64,000 bases of DNA. Origin: Spirochaetota bacterium. GTDB taxonomy: Bacteria; Spirochaetota; UBA4802; UBA5550. The translations under genes and the position numbers were made by a program. Each line of letters opens with the position of its first letter. Positions within the stretch are counted from its first letter, which is position 1. Shown in pieces: positions 1 through 8,794 of this stretch. Below the pieces are notes generated by a model. That model searched no databases, was not told where the DNA came from, and was given only the letters and a program-made list of their open reading frames with translations. The stretch is from positions 3,392,001 to 3,456,000 of the forward strand of contig CAXXHB010000003.1 in the NCBI GenBank assembly GCA_963664815.2, written 5' to 3'.

Positions 1-259
1 GCATATATGTTATAATCAGCACAAAAAAAATTATTAATACAAATACTCTTTTCACCACATAATCCATCTGGAATTATTTTATCGGTTTCCCCTTTTACCC
101 TATAACTCTTAGAAATATACATATAAAACTGACTGCCATTGGAAATAAGGGAAAATAAATAATCGATTCTATTGTCTAATATAAGATTTACTGTTTTAAA
201 ATCCAATAAATATTCACTCTTTTTATCTCTGCCGCTGTTAAAAAAATTTCAGACTAAAC

Positions 260-287
260 GTAACACTTTATCTCCATTCCGGTGTTT
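260..287 (+). promoter_or_regulatory. Candidate ECF-type promoter (GTAAC-N17-GTGTTT)
   Basis: AAC-containing -35 and GT-containing -10 ending about 30 bp before the ATG at 317; single instance only. Confidence 0.3.
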
Positions 288-316
288 AACTTTTATAACA
301 CAACGGAGGAAACATA

Positions 317-973
317 ATGAAAGCTAAAACAATTCTTGCGACAATTGCAGCGCTCTTTCTGGTCACAGGTGCAATGGCGGAAGATACAAAAACCGAAGCA
401 AAGGCAGAAAAAAAAGACAATCCCCCTAAAACTCTTTTAGACTCAAAGAATGCATCTTTCTCCGGTTACGGGGGTGTCTATACAAAGTATGCGAAAATCG
501 GAGATGCAAACAGTTGTCTTGTTGGCGGAAGAGGTGGTCTTATCATAAATGACACAGTTGTCCTGGGACTTGCCGGCATGGGTCTTACATATCCCACAGA
601 CAGGGAGAAGATTTCCGGGAGTGATTACAACGGTCTGTTTAATAAGATCGGATTCGGATACGGAGGTTTTCTCATGGAGTATTATCTGAATCCGAAAGAT
701 TTAATAGTATTTTCCGCAGGAACACTTATTGGCGCCGGAGGTCTTTCGTTTTACAAACATTCCGATGATGACAACTCAGGTAAGGACAACAACAGCGACA
801 CATTTTTTGTGCTTGAGCCTGAAGTAAATGTATTTGTCAACGTCACGCGTTTCTGCCGTATCGGTATAGGAGCCTCATACAGATATATTTCAGGTATAAA
901 TACTGGTGAATTCGATGACAAAGATTTCCGTGGACCTTCTGCTTCGATAATGGCACAATTCGGATGGTTCTGA
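317..973 (+). CDS. Outer-membrane beta-barrel protein, paralog of the C-terminal domain of 2490..4130
   Basis: Signal peptide (AMA|E), Gly/aromatic-rich alternating strands, C-terminal Phe (QFGWF), GGAGG RBS. Confidence 0.8.
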   Translation: MKAKTILATIAALFLVTGAMAEDTKTEAKAEKKDNPPKTLLDSKNASFSGYGGVYTKYAKIGDANSCLVGGRGGLIINDTVVLGLAGMGLTYPTDREKISGSDYNGLFNKIGFGYGGFLMEYYLNPKDLIVFSAGTLIGAGGLSFYKHSDDDNSGKDNNSDTFFVLEPEVNVFVNVTRFCRIGIGASYRYISGINTGEFDDKDFRGPSASIMAQFGWF

Positions 974-1045
974 GAATTACTGAAAATTTAATAATTGTAT
1001 TTTACAGATGCATATTTCAGAATATTATTGTTAAATTAAAAATAT

Positions 1046-1083
1046 TTTTACACTCCATTACCTGCCTGTAATGGAGTGTAAAA
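1046..1083. terminator. Perfect 16-bp stem hairpin between the barrel gene and the sigma gene
   Basis: ttttacactccattac-ctgcct-gtaatggagtgtaaaa; no immediate U-tract on +. Confidence 0.5.
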
Positions 1084-1096
1084 TCAGGAATTTTTT

Positions 1097-1588
1097 ATGA
1101 ATATAAACGTGGAAGAGTTGTATAAAAAATATGGTCCGATGGTACTGCGGCGATGCAGGTTTCTGCTCAAGGATGAGGAGAAATCACTTGATGCCATGCA
1201 GGATGTTTTTGTAAACCTTATTTTAAACTCTGAAAAAATTGAGGATACTTATCCGTCTAGTCTTCTTTACAGGATAGCCACGAATATCTGCCTGAATATT
1301 ATAAGAAGCGAAAAGAGACACCCGGTGACAACTGATGATGAATTATTTAACTATATTGCAGATTACAGGGATCCGTCAGAGGAGATTGCGGCGAATGACC
1401 TTCTTGATTTAATATTTAACGGTGAGAAACCGACTACAAGGGAAATTGCAATTATGCTTTATATTGACCGAATGACACTAGAACAGACAGCCTTTCAATC
1501 CGGGCTATCTGTTTCAGGTGTAAGAAAACGGATGAGAGTCCTTAAAGAAAAAGTTTCATTTTTGAAGGAGGAGATTTATGAAAATTAA
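1097..1588 (+). CDS. ECF RNA polymerase sigma factor
   Basis: Region 2 motifs (DAMQDVF, LYRIATNICLN) and region 4 HTH (TLEQTA..SVSGVRKR); 163 aa. Confidence 0.93.
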   Translation: MNINVEELYKKYGPMVLRRCRFLLKDEEKSLDAMQDVFVNLILNSEKIEDTYPSSLLYRIATNICLNIIRSEKRHPVTTDDELFNYIADYRDPSEEIAANDLLDLIFNGEKPTTREIAIMLYIDRMTLEQTAFQSGLSVSGVRKRMRVLKEKVSFLKEEIYEN

Positions 1589-2474
1589 TCAGATACCGGA
1601 ATTATACCTGGAACAATATCTCCTCGGGGAACTGCCGGAAAATCTCAGCAAAGAGCTTGATGAACTTATACTGAAGAATCCCCTGCTGAAAAAGCGGATC
1701 AGCGAACTGAAAAAATCCAATGAAGACATTCTGTCAGCCTATACGGTTGAATCAATGATGCCATTAATATCTGAAAAATCCGGACTCAGGCGTACAACAC
1801 AATCAGATACCGGTAATGAATTCAAACGGCAGAGTGACGGGAATAAATCATCACACGGAATTGCAGCTGCTTTCACCGGATCAGTAAAAAAGATTGCTGA
1901 CGTAATAAGTTTAATATCATCCAGGCGCTACGCCCTGTCAATAGCCTCCGCAGCAGCCCTGCTTATTATAATTGTTTTTATGACCCCCGGGATAAAGAAT
2001 ACATTCAACACCGGTGCAGTCATTGATAATGATGTAAGAATAAAAGGACTTGATTCAAAACTTCTTCTTTATCGCGTTAAGGGAAAAAATATTGAAGAAC
2101 TGAAAAATTTTGATACTGCCTGCAAAGGGGATGTTATACAGCTGGGATATATCGCCACAGGGGATTACAGGTTTGGAATAATCATTTCTATTGACGGCCG
2201 CGGGGTTGTTACAAGACATCTCCCTGACGACATGAAAACCGGCGCTCAGCTTGTTAAAAACAAAAGAACACTCCTTAACAGATCCTATGAGCTTGACGAT
2301 TCCCCTTCGTTTGAAAAATTCATCATGATACTTTCAACTGATCCGATAAATATATCCGAAGTGACAGAAAAAGCAAAAAAACTTGCAATAAACAGTACAA
2401 ATGCAGTAAATGGACTTATTGAATCAGGAAAAAATTCCGTTGAATATTCAATTATAATAAAGAAAACGGAATAA
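1578..2474 (+). CDS. Putative anti-sigma factor: N-terminal helical sigma-binding-like region, one TM helix, extracytoplasmic DUF4384-like domain
   Basis: Overlaps the sigma stop; LEQYLLGELP N-terminus; TM ALSIASAAALLIIIVF; GDVIQLGY..SIDGRGVVT..SYELDDSPSFE. Confidence 0.75.
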   Translation: MKINQIPELYLEQYLLGELPENLSKELDELILKNPLLKKRISELKKSNEDILSAYTVESMMPLISEKSGLRRTTQSDTGNEFKRQSDGNKSSHGIAAAFTGSVKKIADVISLISSRRYALSIASAAALLIIIVFMTPGIKNTFNTGAVIDNDVRIKGLDSKLLLYRVKGKNIEELKNFDTACKGDVIQLGYIATGDYRFGIIISIDGRGVVTRHLPDDMKTGAQLVKNKRTLLNRSYELDDSPSFEKFIMILSTDPINISEVTEKAKKLAINSTNAVNGLIESGKNSVEYSIIIKKTE

Positions 2475-2489
2475 CGGAGATCAGGCAAA

Positions 2490-4130
2490 ATGTCAAAGAT
2501 AAACCGCATAGCATTCACACTGCTTTTTTTCGCAATAATGCCCTGCATGATAAAACCGGCTGAAGCAAAAAATATCCGCAGATTCGCCGTCATAGTCGGG
2601 GCAAATAACGGAGGACCTGACAGAGTCAGGTTACGTTATGCGGTTTCAGATGCGGATACCATGATGAACGTATTGAAAAGCATAGGGGGGGTTTCAGACA
2701 GCGACGGGCTGCTGCTGATTGATCCGGACAGACGTAATTTCATATCCGCCATGAGCAGGATAAAAAGTGAGATAAGCGAATTAAGACAGAAGAGCGAACG
2801 GATTGAATTTATATTTTATTATTCAGGGCACTCGGATGATGAGGCCATACTGCTTGGCAGGGAAAAGATTTATTACAAGGAACTGAAAGACGGGATAAGA
2901 GGAATTCCCGCCGATGTCCGCATTGCCATACTTGACTCCTGTTCATCAGGGGCTTTTACACGTATTAAAGGGGGAACATTCAAACCGCCCTTCATTCTTG
3001 ACTCTTCATTCAACATGAAGGGTGACGCCTTTATGACATCGAGTTCGTCCAATGAAGCTTCACAGGAATCAGACATGATTAAGGGTTCCTTTTTCACCTA
3101 TTATCTTGTAACTGGATTACGCGGCGCCGCTGATATGATACAGGATGGCCGTATAACATTAAATGAAGCTTACCAGTACGCATACAACGAAACACTCACA
3201 AGAACAGAAAAAACAATGGGAGGGGCGCAGCACCCCAACTATGATATACAGATGACAGGGACAGGGGATGTGGTCATAACAGACTTTAAACGCAATACAT
3301 CCGCTGTTCTGCTTGAAAAGAATATTGTCGGAAAGGTTTTCATACGTAACAGCGACAATATACTTATTGCCGAACTTCAGAAATCCTACGGAAGAGAGAT
3401 GGAAGTTGCGCTACCAGAAGGGAAGTACATCGTATTAAACCAGTCTGAAAACGGTCTCTTTGAAAGCAAAATTAATCTTGCAACAGGCGCCCAGTTCCTG
3501 CTTTCCCAGAATAATATGAATAAACAGGGATCCGAAGAAACCGTAACCCGCGGTAAAGCCAAACCTGAGGAAAAGCAGAAAAAGCAGGTTATACTCAACC
3601 CCGATAAAATTGAACATGGAGGCTACCTTGCTGTTGTGGATCAGCTTTCAAGAATCAACGGAAATTTTGCCAATCTGACCGGCGGAAAAATAACCTGGAT
3701 TATAAATCACTCACTATCACTCGGAGCAGAAGGTTACGGTCTTACCTACCCCACTGATCGTGAAAAATTTACAGGAAAGACTTATGACGGGACGGATAAA
3801 CGGATTAACTTCGGTTTTGGAGGGGGTGTCATAGAATACTTTTTCTGGCCGGATAGTATTATTACGCTCTCCCCCGGTATTATGGCGGGGGGAGGAGGTG
3901 TTGAATGGTATAATCCTGAAATAGAAACCGGGGATGAAAATAAATCTGCAACAGACTCTTTTTTTGTTTTAATGCCTGAATTAAACGTATATCTTAATGT
4001 TACAGAATATATAAGAATCGGTGCAGGTGTTTCATACAGATATGTTAAAGGAATTGACCAGGTTGAGTTTTCAGACAAAGATGTTAATGGATTCTCATTT
4101 TCATTGATAGTAGCGGCAGGATTCTTTTAA
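2490..4130 (+). CDS. Exported caspase-family (peptidase C14) protease fused to a C-terminal outer-membrane beta-barrel
   Basis: Signal peptide; RFAVIVGAN, LRYAVSDA, YYSGH114, ILDSC151 dyad, SFFTYYLVTGLRGAAD, QHP; barrel at about aa 367-546 ending in Phe. Confidence 0.9.
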   Translation: MSKINRIAFTLLFFAIMPCMIKPAEAKNIRRFAVIVGANNGGPDRVRLRYAVSDADTMMNVLKSIGGVSDSDGLLLIDPDRRNFISAMSRIKSEISELRQKSERIEFIFYYSGHSDDEAILLGREKIYYKELKDGIRGIPADVRIAILDSCSSGAFTRIKGGTFKPPFILDSSFNMKGDAFMTSSSSNEASQESDMIKGSFFTYYLVTGLRGAADMIQDGRITLNEAYQYAYNETLTRTEKTMGGAQHPNYDIQMTGTGDVVITDFKRNTSAVLLEKNIVGKVFIRNSDNILIAELQKSYGREMEVALPEGKYIVLNQSENGLFESKINLATGAQFLLSQNNMNKQGSEETVTRGKAKPEEKQKKQVILNPDKIEHGGYLAVVDQLSRINGNFANLTGGKITWIINHSLSLGAEGYGLTYPTDREKFTGKTYDGTDKRINFGFGGGVIEYFFWPDSIITLSPGIMAGGGGVEWYNPEIETGDENKSATDSFFVLMPELNVYLNVTEYIRIGAGVSYRYVKGIDQVEFSDKDVNGFSFSLIVAAGFF

Positions 4131-4246
4131 TTCTGCCGGGATACCAAAGACTGCGATGCTGAATATTAACCGGTTAATTTATGGATAAGCTGGGATATCT
4201 TTCGTGTTATCCTTACGATATAACAACTCTTCGCGCTTACTGTTTT

Positions 4247-4891
4247 CTATTTTAAACTCTCTATCACATCAAGAAATGTATTTATCGGGTGAGCCCCGAG
4301 CAGTTCATACTTTTCATTGATGATGATTTTCGGAACACCTGTCACATTATACTTCTGTGCAAGGGGAACAAAATTGTTGGAATCTATCATATCCCCCTTT
4401 ATTCTGCTGTTCTCCATAGCAAGCCTGTGTGCAGCCGAAACAGCTGCCGGACAATGCGGACAGCCGAGTCCAACAAAAACCTGAATATGCACGTCCTTGT
4501 CAATTTTCTTTATGCGGGAAAGAACATCAGGCGGAAGTTCTTCTTTTTTTCCTGACATTTCAAGTATTGACCCAAGAAAAGAGTTTATCTCGTAACCACC
4601 TGGAAGCCCGTAAAACTTTACGCCATGGTCAGCATCGTTTTTATCAAGTAAAACTATGGCGGGAATTCTCTCCACGCCATATTTTTCAGCCATTTCCTTA
4701 TCAGTTACAAAATTTAACACCTTGACTGAGAGTTTATCGCTCAGCGACGCAATCTCCTCGGCAAAATACCGCGTCTCCCTGCACATGGGGCACTCAATCT
4801 CCTGAGTGAAATTTATTATTTTCACCTCATCGTTCATATTTTTAAGTATTTCCTTAAGCTGATTCTGAACTTTTATATCAAACAGTGCCAT
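4247..4891 (-). CDS. Protein disulfide oxidoreductase (two thioredoxin folds; AhpF N-terminal domain-like)
   Basis: CPMC and CPHC motifs, FYGLPGGYE, VTGVP cis-Pro loop. Confidence 0.88.
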   Translation of the reverse strand: MALFDIKVQNQLKEILKNMNDEVKIINFTQEIECPMCRETRYFAEEIASLSDKLSVKVLNFVTDKEMAEKYGVERIPAIVLLDKNDADHGVKFYGLPGGYEINSFLGSILEMSGKKEELPPDVLSRIKKIDKDVHIQVFVGLGCPHCPAAVSAAHRLAMENSRIKGDMIDSNNFVPLAQKYNVTGVPKIIINEKYELLGAHPINTFLDVIESLK

Positions 4892-4912
4892 AGTCTCACC
4901 TCTTTAATCTGA

Positions 4913-5893
4913 TTAATTTCTCTTTAAAATATATTCACATGCGGAAAGTGCAGCTTTCGCCCCTTCACCCCCTGCAATAATTATCTGCTTAAACGGTACA
5001 GATGTAACGTCACCTGCCGCAAAAATCCCCTCACGGTTAGTAGCACACCTGCTGTCCACGATGATCTCGCACGATGAGTTCATCTCCACTACCCCGCGGG
5101 CAAACCCGCTGTTAGGATCAAGACCTATTTCAACGAATAATCCGTCGGCAGAAATTTTAGATGTTTCACCTGATTCCACATTCTCTATTATCACTTCGCG
5201 AACCTTATCCTCGCCCGTAATTTCTATCACACGGCTTTTGTAAATCATACTGACATTTTGAAAGCCTTCCAGTTTATCAAGGAGAATTTTATCTGCAGTA
5301 AGCTCTTCAAGAAGCTGAACCACTACAACCTCTTCTGCCACAGAGGCAAGATCAATTGCAGACTCTACCCCTGAATTACCACCCCCCGCTACAACAACCT
5401 TTTTACCGGCAAATAACGGAGCATCACAGGTTGTACAGTAGGCAACTCCTCTCCCGGTTAGCCGCTGCTCTCCGGGGATTCCGAGCTTCTTCCATGTTTT
5501 CCCCGAAGCAATTATCAGCGTTTTTGACTGTATTACCCTGCCGTCATCAAGAGTGACTTTTTTTACTTCACTATCCTCAATCGATAAAACACCCTGCCCC
5601 TCTTCGTATCCTATGCTGAACTGTAAAACCTGTTCCCTGAACCTGTCAACAAGATCAACACCATTTATATACTTATACCCGAGATAGTTCTCAATTGATG
5701 ATGTTTCAGCCACCTGCCCTCCGATACTCCTTATAATGATCGCTGTCTCTGCACCCTTCCTCATGCAGTAGACAGCTGCTGTCATCCCTGCCGGGCCTCC
5801 GCCAATAATCAGCACATCGTATATTTTCCCCGTGTCAATCGGTGCAAAATTCTTTTCACTGATAAAAGAAACTGTACTTAAATTAAAATCCAT
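4913..5893 (-). CDS. Thioredoxin reductase / AhpF C-terminal-like FAD-dependent disulfide reductase
   Basis: GGGPAG, GVAYCTTCD, GGGNSG, FAAGDV..KQIIIAGGEG. Confidence 0.9.
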   Translation of the reverse strand: MDFNLSTVSFISEKNFAPIDTGKIYDVLIIGGGPAGMTAAVYCMRKGAETAIIIRSIGGQVAETSSIENYLGYKYINGVDLVDRFREQVLQFSIGYEEGQGVLSIEDSEVKKVTLDDGRVIQSKTLIIASGKTWKKLGIPGEQRLTGRGVAYCTTCDAPLFAGKKVVVAGGGNSGVESAIDLASVAEEVVVVQLLEELTADKILLDKLEGFQNVSMIYKSRVIEITGEDKVREVIIENVESGETSKISADGLFVEIGLDPNSGFARGVVEMNSSCEIIVDSRCATNREGIFAAGDVTSVPFKQIIIAGGEGAKAALSACEYILKRN

Positions 5894-6014
5894 AATTAAT
5901 CCGCCTTATTATTTTAATATTTAAGTAAAAGGTTAAATATAATATATAAAAGTTCGGGAGAATTTCAACAGGTGCCTGTGATTTTTTAAAAAAGATCACT
6001 CAGCGGTTTGTTTT

Positions 6015-7076
6015 TCAGTATTCAATCAGTTCGTAATCAGAACTGCCGAAACCTATCTCCTTCGCGTAATCAATCTGATAGCGGTATGGAATGTCGTGAG
6101 ACATGTCAGAAAGCTTTCTGCCGGTAAACTTTTCAACCATATCAAGCGACGCTGAATCAACTGCAACAGGATCATGAGACACAAGAATCCCTATATCTCC
6201 GCAGATATTTTCATATACAGGCATACAGTCACAATCCTTTGATATCCGTGTAAGGATGTTAATATATATCCCCTTTCCTTTATTTGAGTTATAAACTCCG
6301 AGGGCATGTTCCACAATTTTTTTCTGCAGCTCTTCGTATGTTGCGCCCCAGTTATATTTCACAGCATCAAATCTGCAGACGGCCAGACATTCACCGCATC
6401 CTATACATTTCTCACCAGTGATAACAGCAGCATCATTACCCATTGTAATAGCCTGTGCGGGGCACCATATAATACACTGTCTGCATTTTGTGCACACCCC
6501 TGGTATTATTTCCGGTTTTGCCGTTGAGTGCTGAACCATCTTCCCTTTTCTGCTTGCACACCCCATCCCCATATTCTTTATAGCTGCCCCGAAACCCGCA
6601 ATCATATGTCCTGTGAAATGGGACACACATACAAGCGCCTGTGACTTGACAATAAGAGAAGCGATCTTCACCGATTTATATAACTTCCCTTCAATCGCAA
6701 CATCAGCTTCTTCATCTCCCAGAAGACCATCTGACATTATAATAGACATACCGGTGTTTTCAAAACCAAAACCCTGCCTGTTGGCATGTTCAATATGAAT
6801 TACCGCGTTATCCCGGTTCCCCTTATAAAGGGTTGATGTTTCTGTCATAAAGGGGAGTGCTTTCTTTTCCCGGACAAGTTCACCGATACTTTTTAAAATA
6901 ACCGGCCTTGGATATCCGGACTTATTGCTCTCGCCGAAATGGGTTTTTACTGCGACCATATCTTTCTCTTCGACAAAATTGAATAATCCCTCTTTTACAG
7001 CAAGAGCTTTAAGTTTATCTGCAAGCATTTCGTCCGATGCATTATTTTCCGATTTTATAAAGTATACCTTACTCAT
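6015..7076 (-). CDS. DUF362-family protein with 2x[4Fe-4S] domain
   Basis: VAVKTHFGE, SHFTGH..GFGAAIKNMGMGC, CTKCRQC..CP, CIGCGEC..C, DPVAVD. Confidence 0.85.
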   Translation of the reverse strand: MSKVYFIKSENNASDEMLADKLKALAVKEGLFNFVEEKDMVAVKTHFGESNKSGYPRPVILKSIGELVREKKALPFMTETSTLYKGNRDNAVIHIEHANRQGFGFENTGMSIIMSDGLLGDEEADVAIEGKLYKSVKIASLIVKSQALVCVSHFTGHMIAGFGAAIKNMGMGCASRKGKMVQHSTAKPEIIPGVCTKCRQCIIWCPAQAITMGNDAAVITGEKCIGCGECLAVCRFDAVKYNWGATYEELQKKIVEHALGVYNSNKGKGIYINILTRISKDCDCMPVYENICGDIGILVSHDPVAVDSASLDMVEKFTGRKLSDMSHDIPYRYQIDYAKEIGFGSSDYELIEY

Positions 7077-7181
7077 ATGTAAACTCCCTGGTATTTTATT
7101 ATTATTTTTACAGTCTTTGTTTAAAGCTGTTCCTGATATATCACTTACCTCAACATGAGGTAAATAAATTATATTGCAGCG

Positions 7182-7607
7182 CTACATTATTTCCCAGAAA
7201 AAATCGACCCACTGTTCTTTATCAACAAGAGATGCATAAATGACTTTTGCATCTTTAACCTTGGACACAAGACATATTGTATCAAAATCAACTTTCGGAT
7301 ACATTGAATGAATCTCTTTTATTGTATTTCCGCTGTCATAAATATCATCACACAAAAGGAACTTCCCCTCAATGAGATCAGGTTTAATCCCTATCTGAAA
7401 TCTCCTCTGCTCCTTCCCTGCATACGATGATATTTCAATATATGAAATCGGGAGGTTCAGGTGAACGCTCATGAAATAAGACAGAAAAAACCCCCCTCTC
7501 AAAGGGCAGAGTATGGCTTTATACTCCTCCCTGTTGGATTTAATCCTATCAAGAAGAATGTAGCTCAGTTCCAGATATTTCTCGTAGGTTACATTATAAT
7601 GGCTCAT
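7182..7607 (-). CDS. Phosphoribosyltransferase family protein
   Basis: LRGG, LLCDDIYDSGNT PRPP-binding motif, WVDFFWE. Confidence 0.85.
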   Translation of the reverse strand: MSHYNVTYEKYLELSYILLDRIKSNREEYKAILCPLRGGFFLSYFMSVHLNLPISYIEISSYAGKEQRRFQIGIKPDLIEGKFLLCDDIYDSGNTIKEIHSMYPKVDFDTICLVSKVKDAKVIYASLVDKEQWVDFFWEIM

Positions 7608-7981
7608 TTAATACATCCTGAAATTTAATTCCTCAACTTTGCAAAAAAAAGATTTTATTCTCACCGTTGTCATGTTCAGTACAGAAGTTTTACATTTTTG
7701 TTTAGACTAAAAAATATGTCCAGAAAATAATACATTCTTTATTATTAAGACTCCGCAATCTAATCATTAATACAACATATACACATATTTTAATCAATAA
7801 ATATTTAACAAAAAACGTAACTTTTCATGATTAAACATCTCTTGACTTTTCAGATATATTTTTTGAATACTTAGATTATATGTAATAACTTATAATCAGC
7901 ATTATTATTAAATGTAAGTAACTATGCTCTGATTAAATTTGTTTCACTATGTATAAATGTTTTTTAAAAGAGGAGATATTT

Positions 7982-8677
7982 ATGAAAAGCCTATTCCCTG
8001 TAATTATTTTTTCATTGTTGATTGCCGCCTGCTCGACAATGCCCGCAGAGATTGATGACAAATACCTTGCAGGAAAAACTGATACTGAATCTAAAGCCAT
8101 TAATGCAATGGAGCAGAAAATCATAGACAAGAACAAAGAAAAACAGGCCGTGGAAAATCTTTTTAAAGAACAGTCTAAACTCCCTGCTGTGACTGAAGAG
8201 GAGATAAAACTGCTGAAAAAAGAGAGCGGAGTATTAAAAGACCAGGTTTATCTATACGAGAAAAATAAAGATGCAGTAAACCTCGAACCCAAAAAAGCCC
8301 AGCTTGCAGAAAACGAAGCAACCCTTGAAAAAAAGAAAACCCTTCTGATATATCAGCAACAAGAAACAATACTGCTGGAAGATGAACTCAAGCTCAGAGA
8401 TGCGGAACTGGCACAATATATTGCAGAACTGAACTTTGAAAAATCAAAGATTGCAGCTGTATACCGCGACAAAAACGAACCGCAAAAACCCGTGAAGGAA
8501 CAGAATTTTTTCAGTAAACTGTTTAACAAAAAAGATCCGGATGACAGATATGGATATAAAAAACACAGCGAATTCCTTAACATGAAGAAAGAGGAAACAA
8601 CAAAAGCCGAAACCGTTTATAAAGAAGCTCAGAAAAAAATTCTGGAGATAAAAAACGCCCCTGAAAAATCAAAATGA
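7982..8677 (+). CDS. Coiled-coil lipoprotein of unknown function
   Basis: ATG at 7982 after GAGGAG; lipobox LIAAC; K/E-rich helical body. Confidence 0.75.
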   Translation: MKSLFPVIIFSLLIAACSTMPAEIDDKYLAGKTDTESKAINAMEQKIIDKNKEKQAVENLFKEQSKLPAVTEEEIKLLKKESGVLKDQVYLYEKNKDAVNLEPKKAQLAENEATLEKKKTLLIYQQQETILLEDELKLRDAELAQYIAELNFEKSKIAAVYRDKNEPQKPVKEQNFFSKLFNKKDPDDRYGYKKHSEFLNMKKEETTKAETVYKEAQKKILEIKNAPEKSK

Positions 8678-8794
8678 ATCCGCAGTTACCAGTCTTTCCC
8701 GGAGCTGAGTGATACATCCGGATTCCCGAATATATAGGCAAGGAAAATCTCACAGATCCATGGATTCTGAAAACAATTTTAACCGGAGTAAAAT

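Noticed and set aside
2490-4130. Caspase as an abortive-infection, gasdermin or CRISPR effector
   Set aside because: No gasdermin, Cas, NLR or TIR gene nearby; the signal peptide and barrel point to the envelope rather than the cytoplasm. Genes left of position 1 cannot be seen
7813-7840. AAACGTAAC shared with the candidate ECF promoter at 256-264
   Set aside because: No matching -10 element at the expected distance
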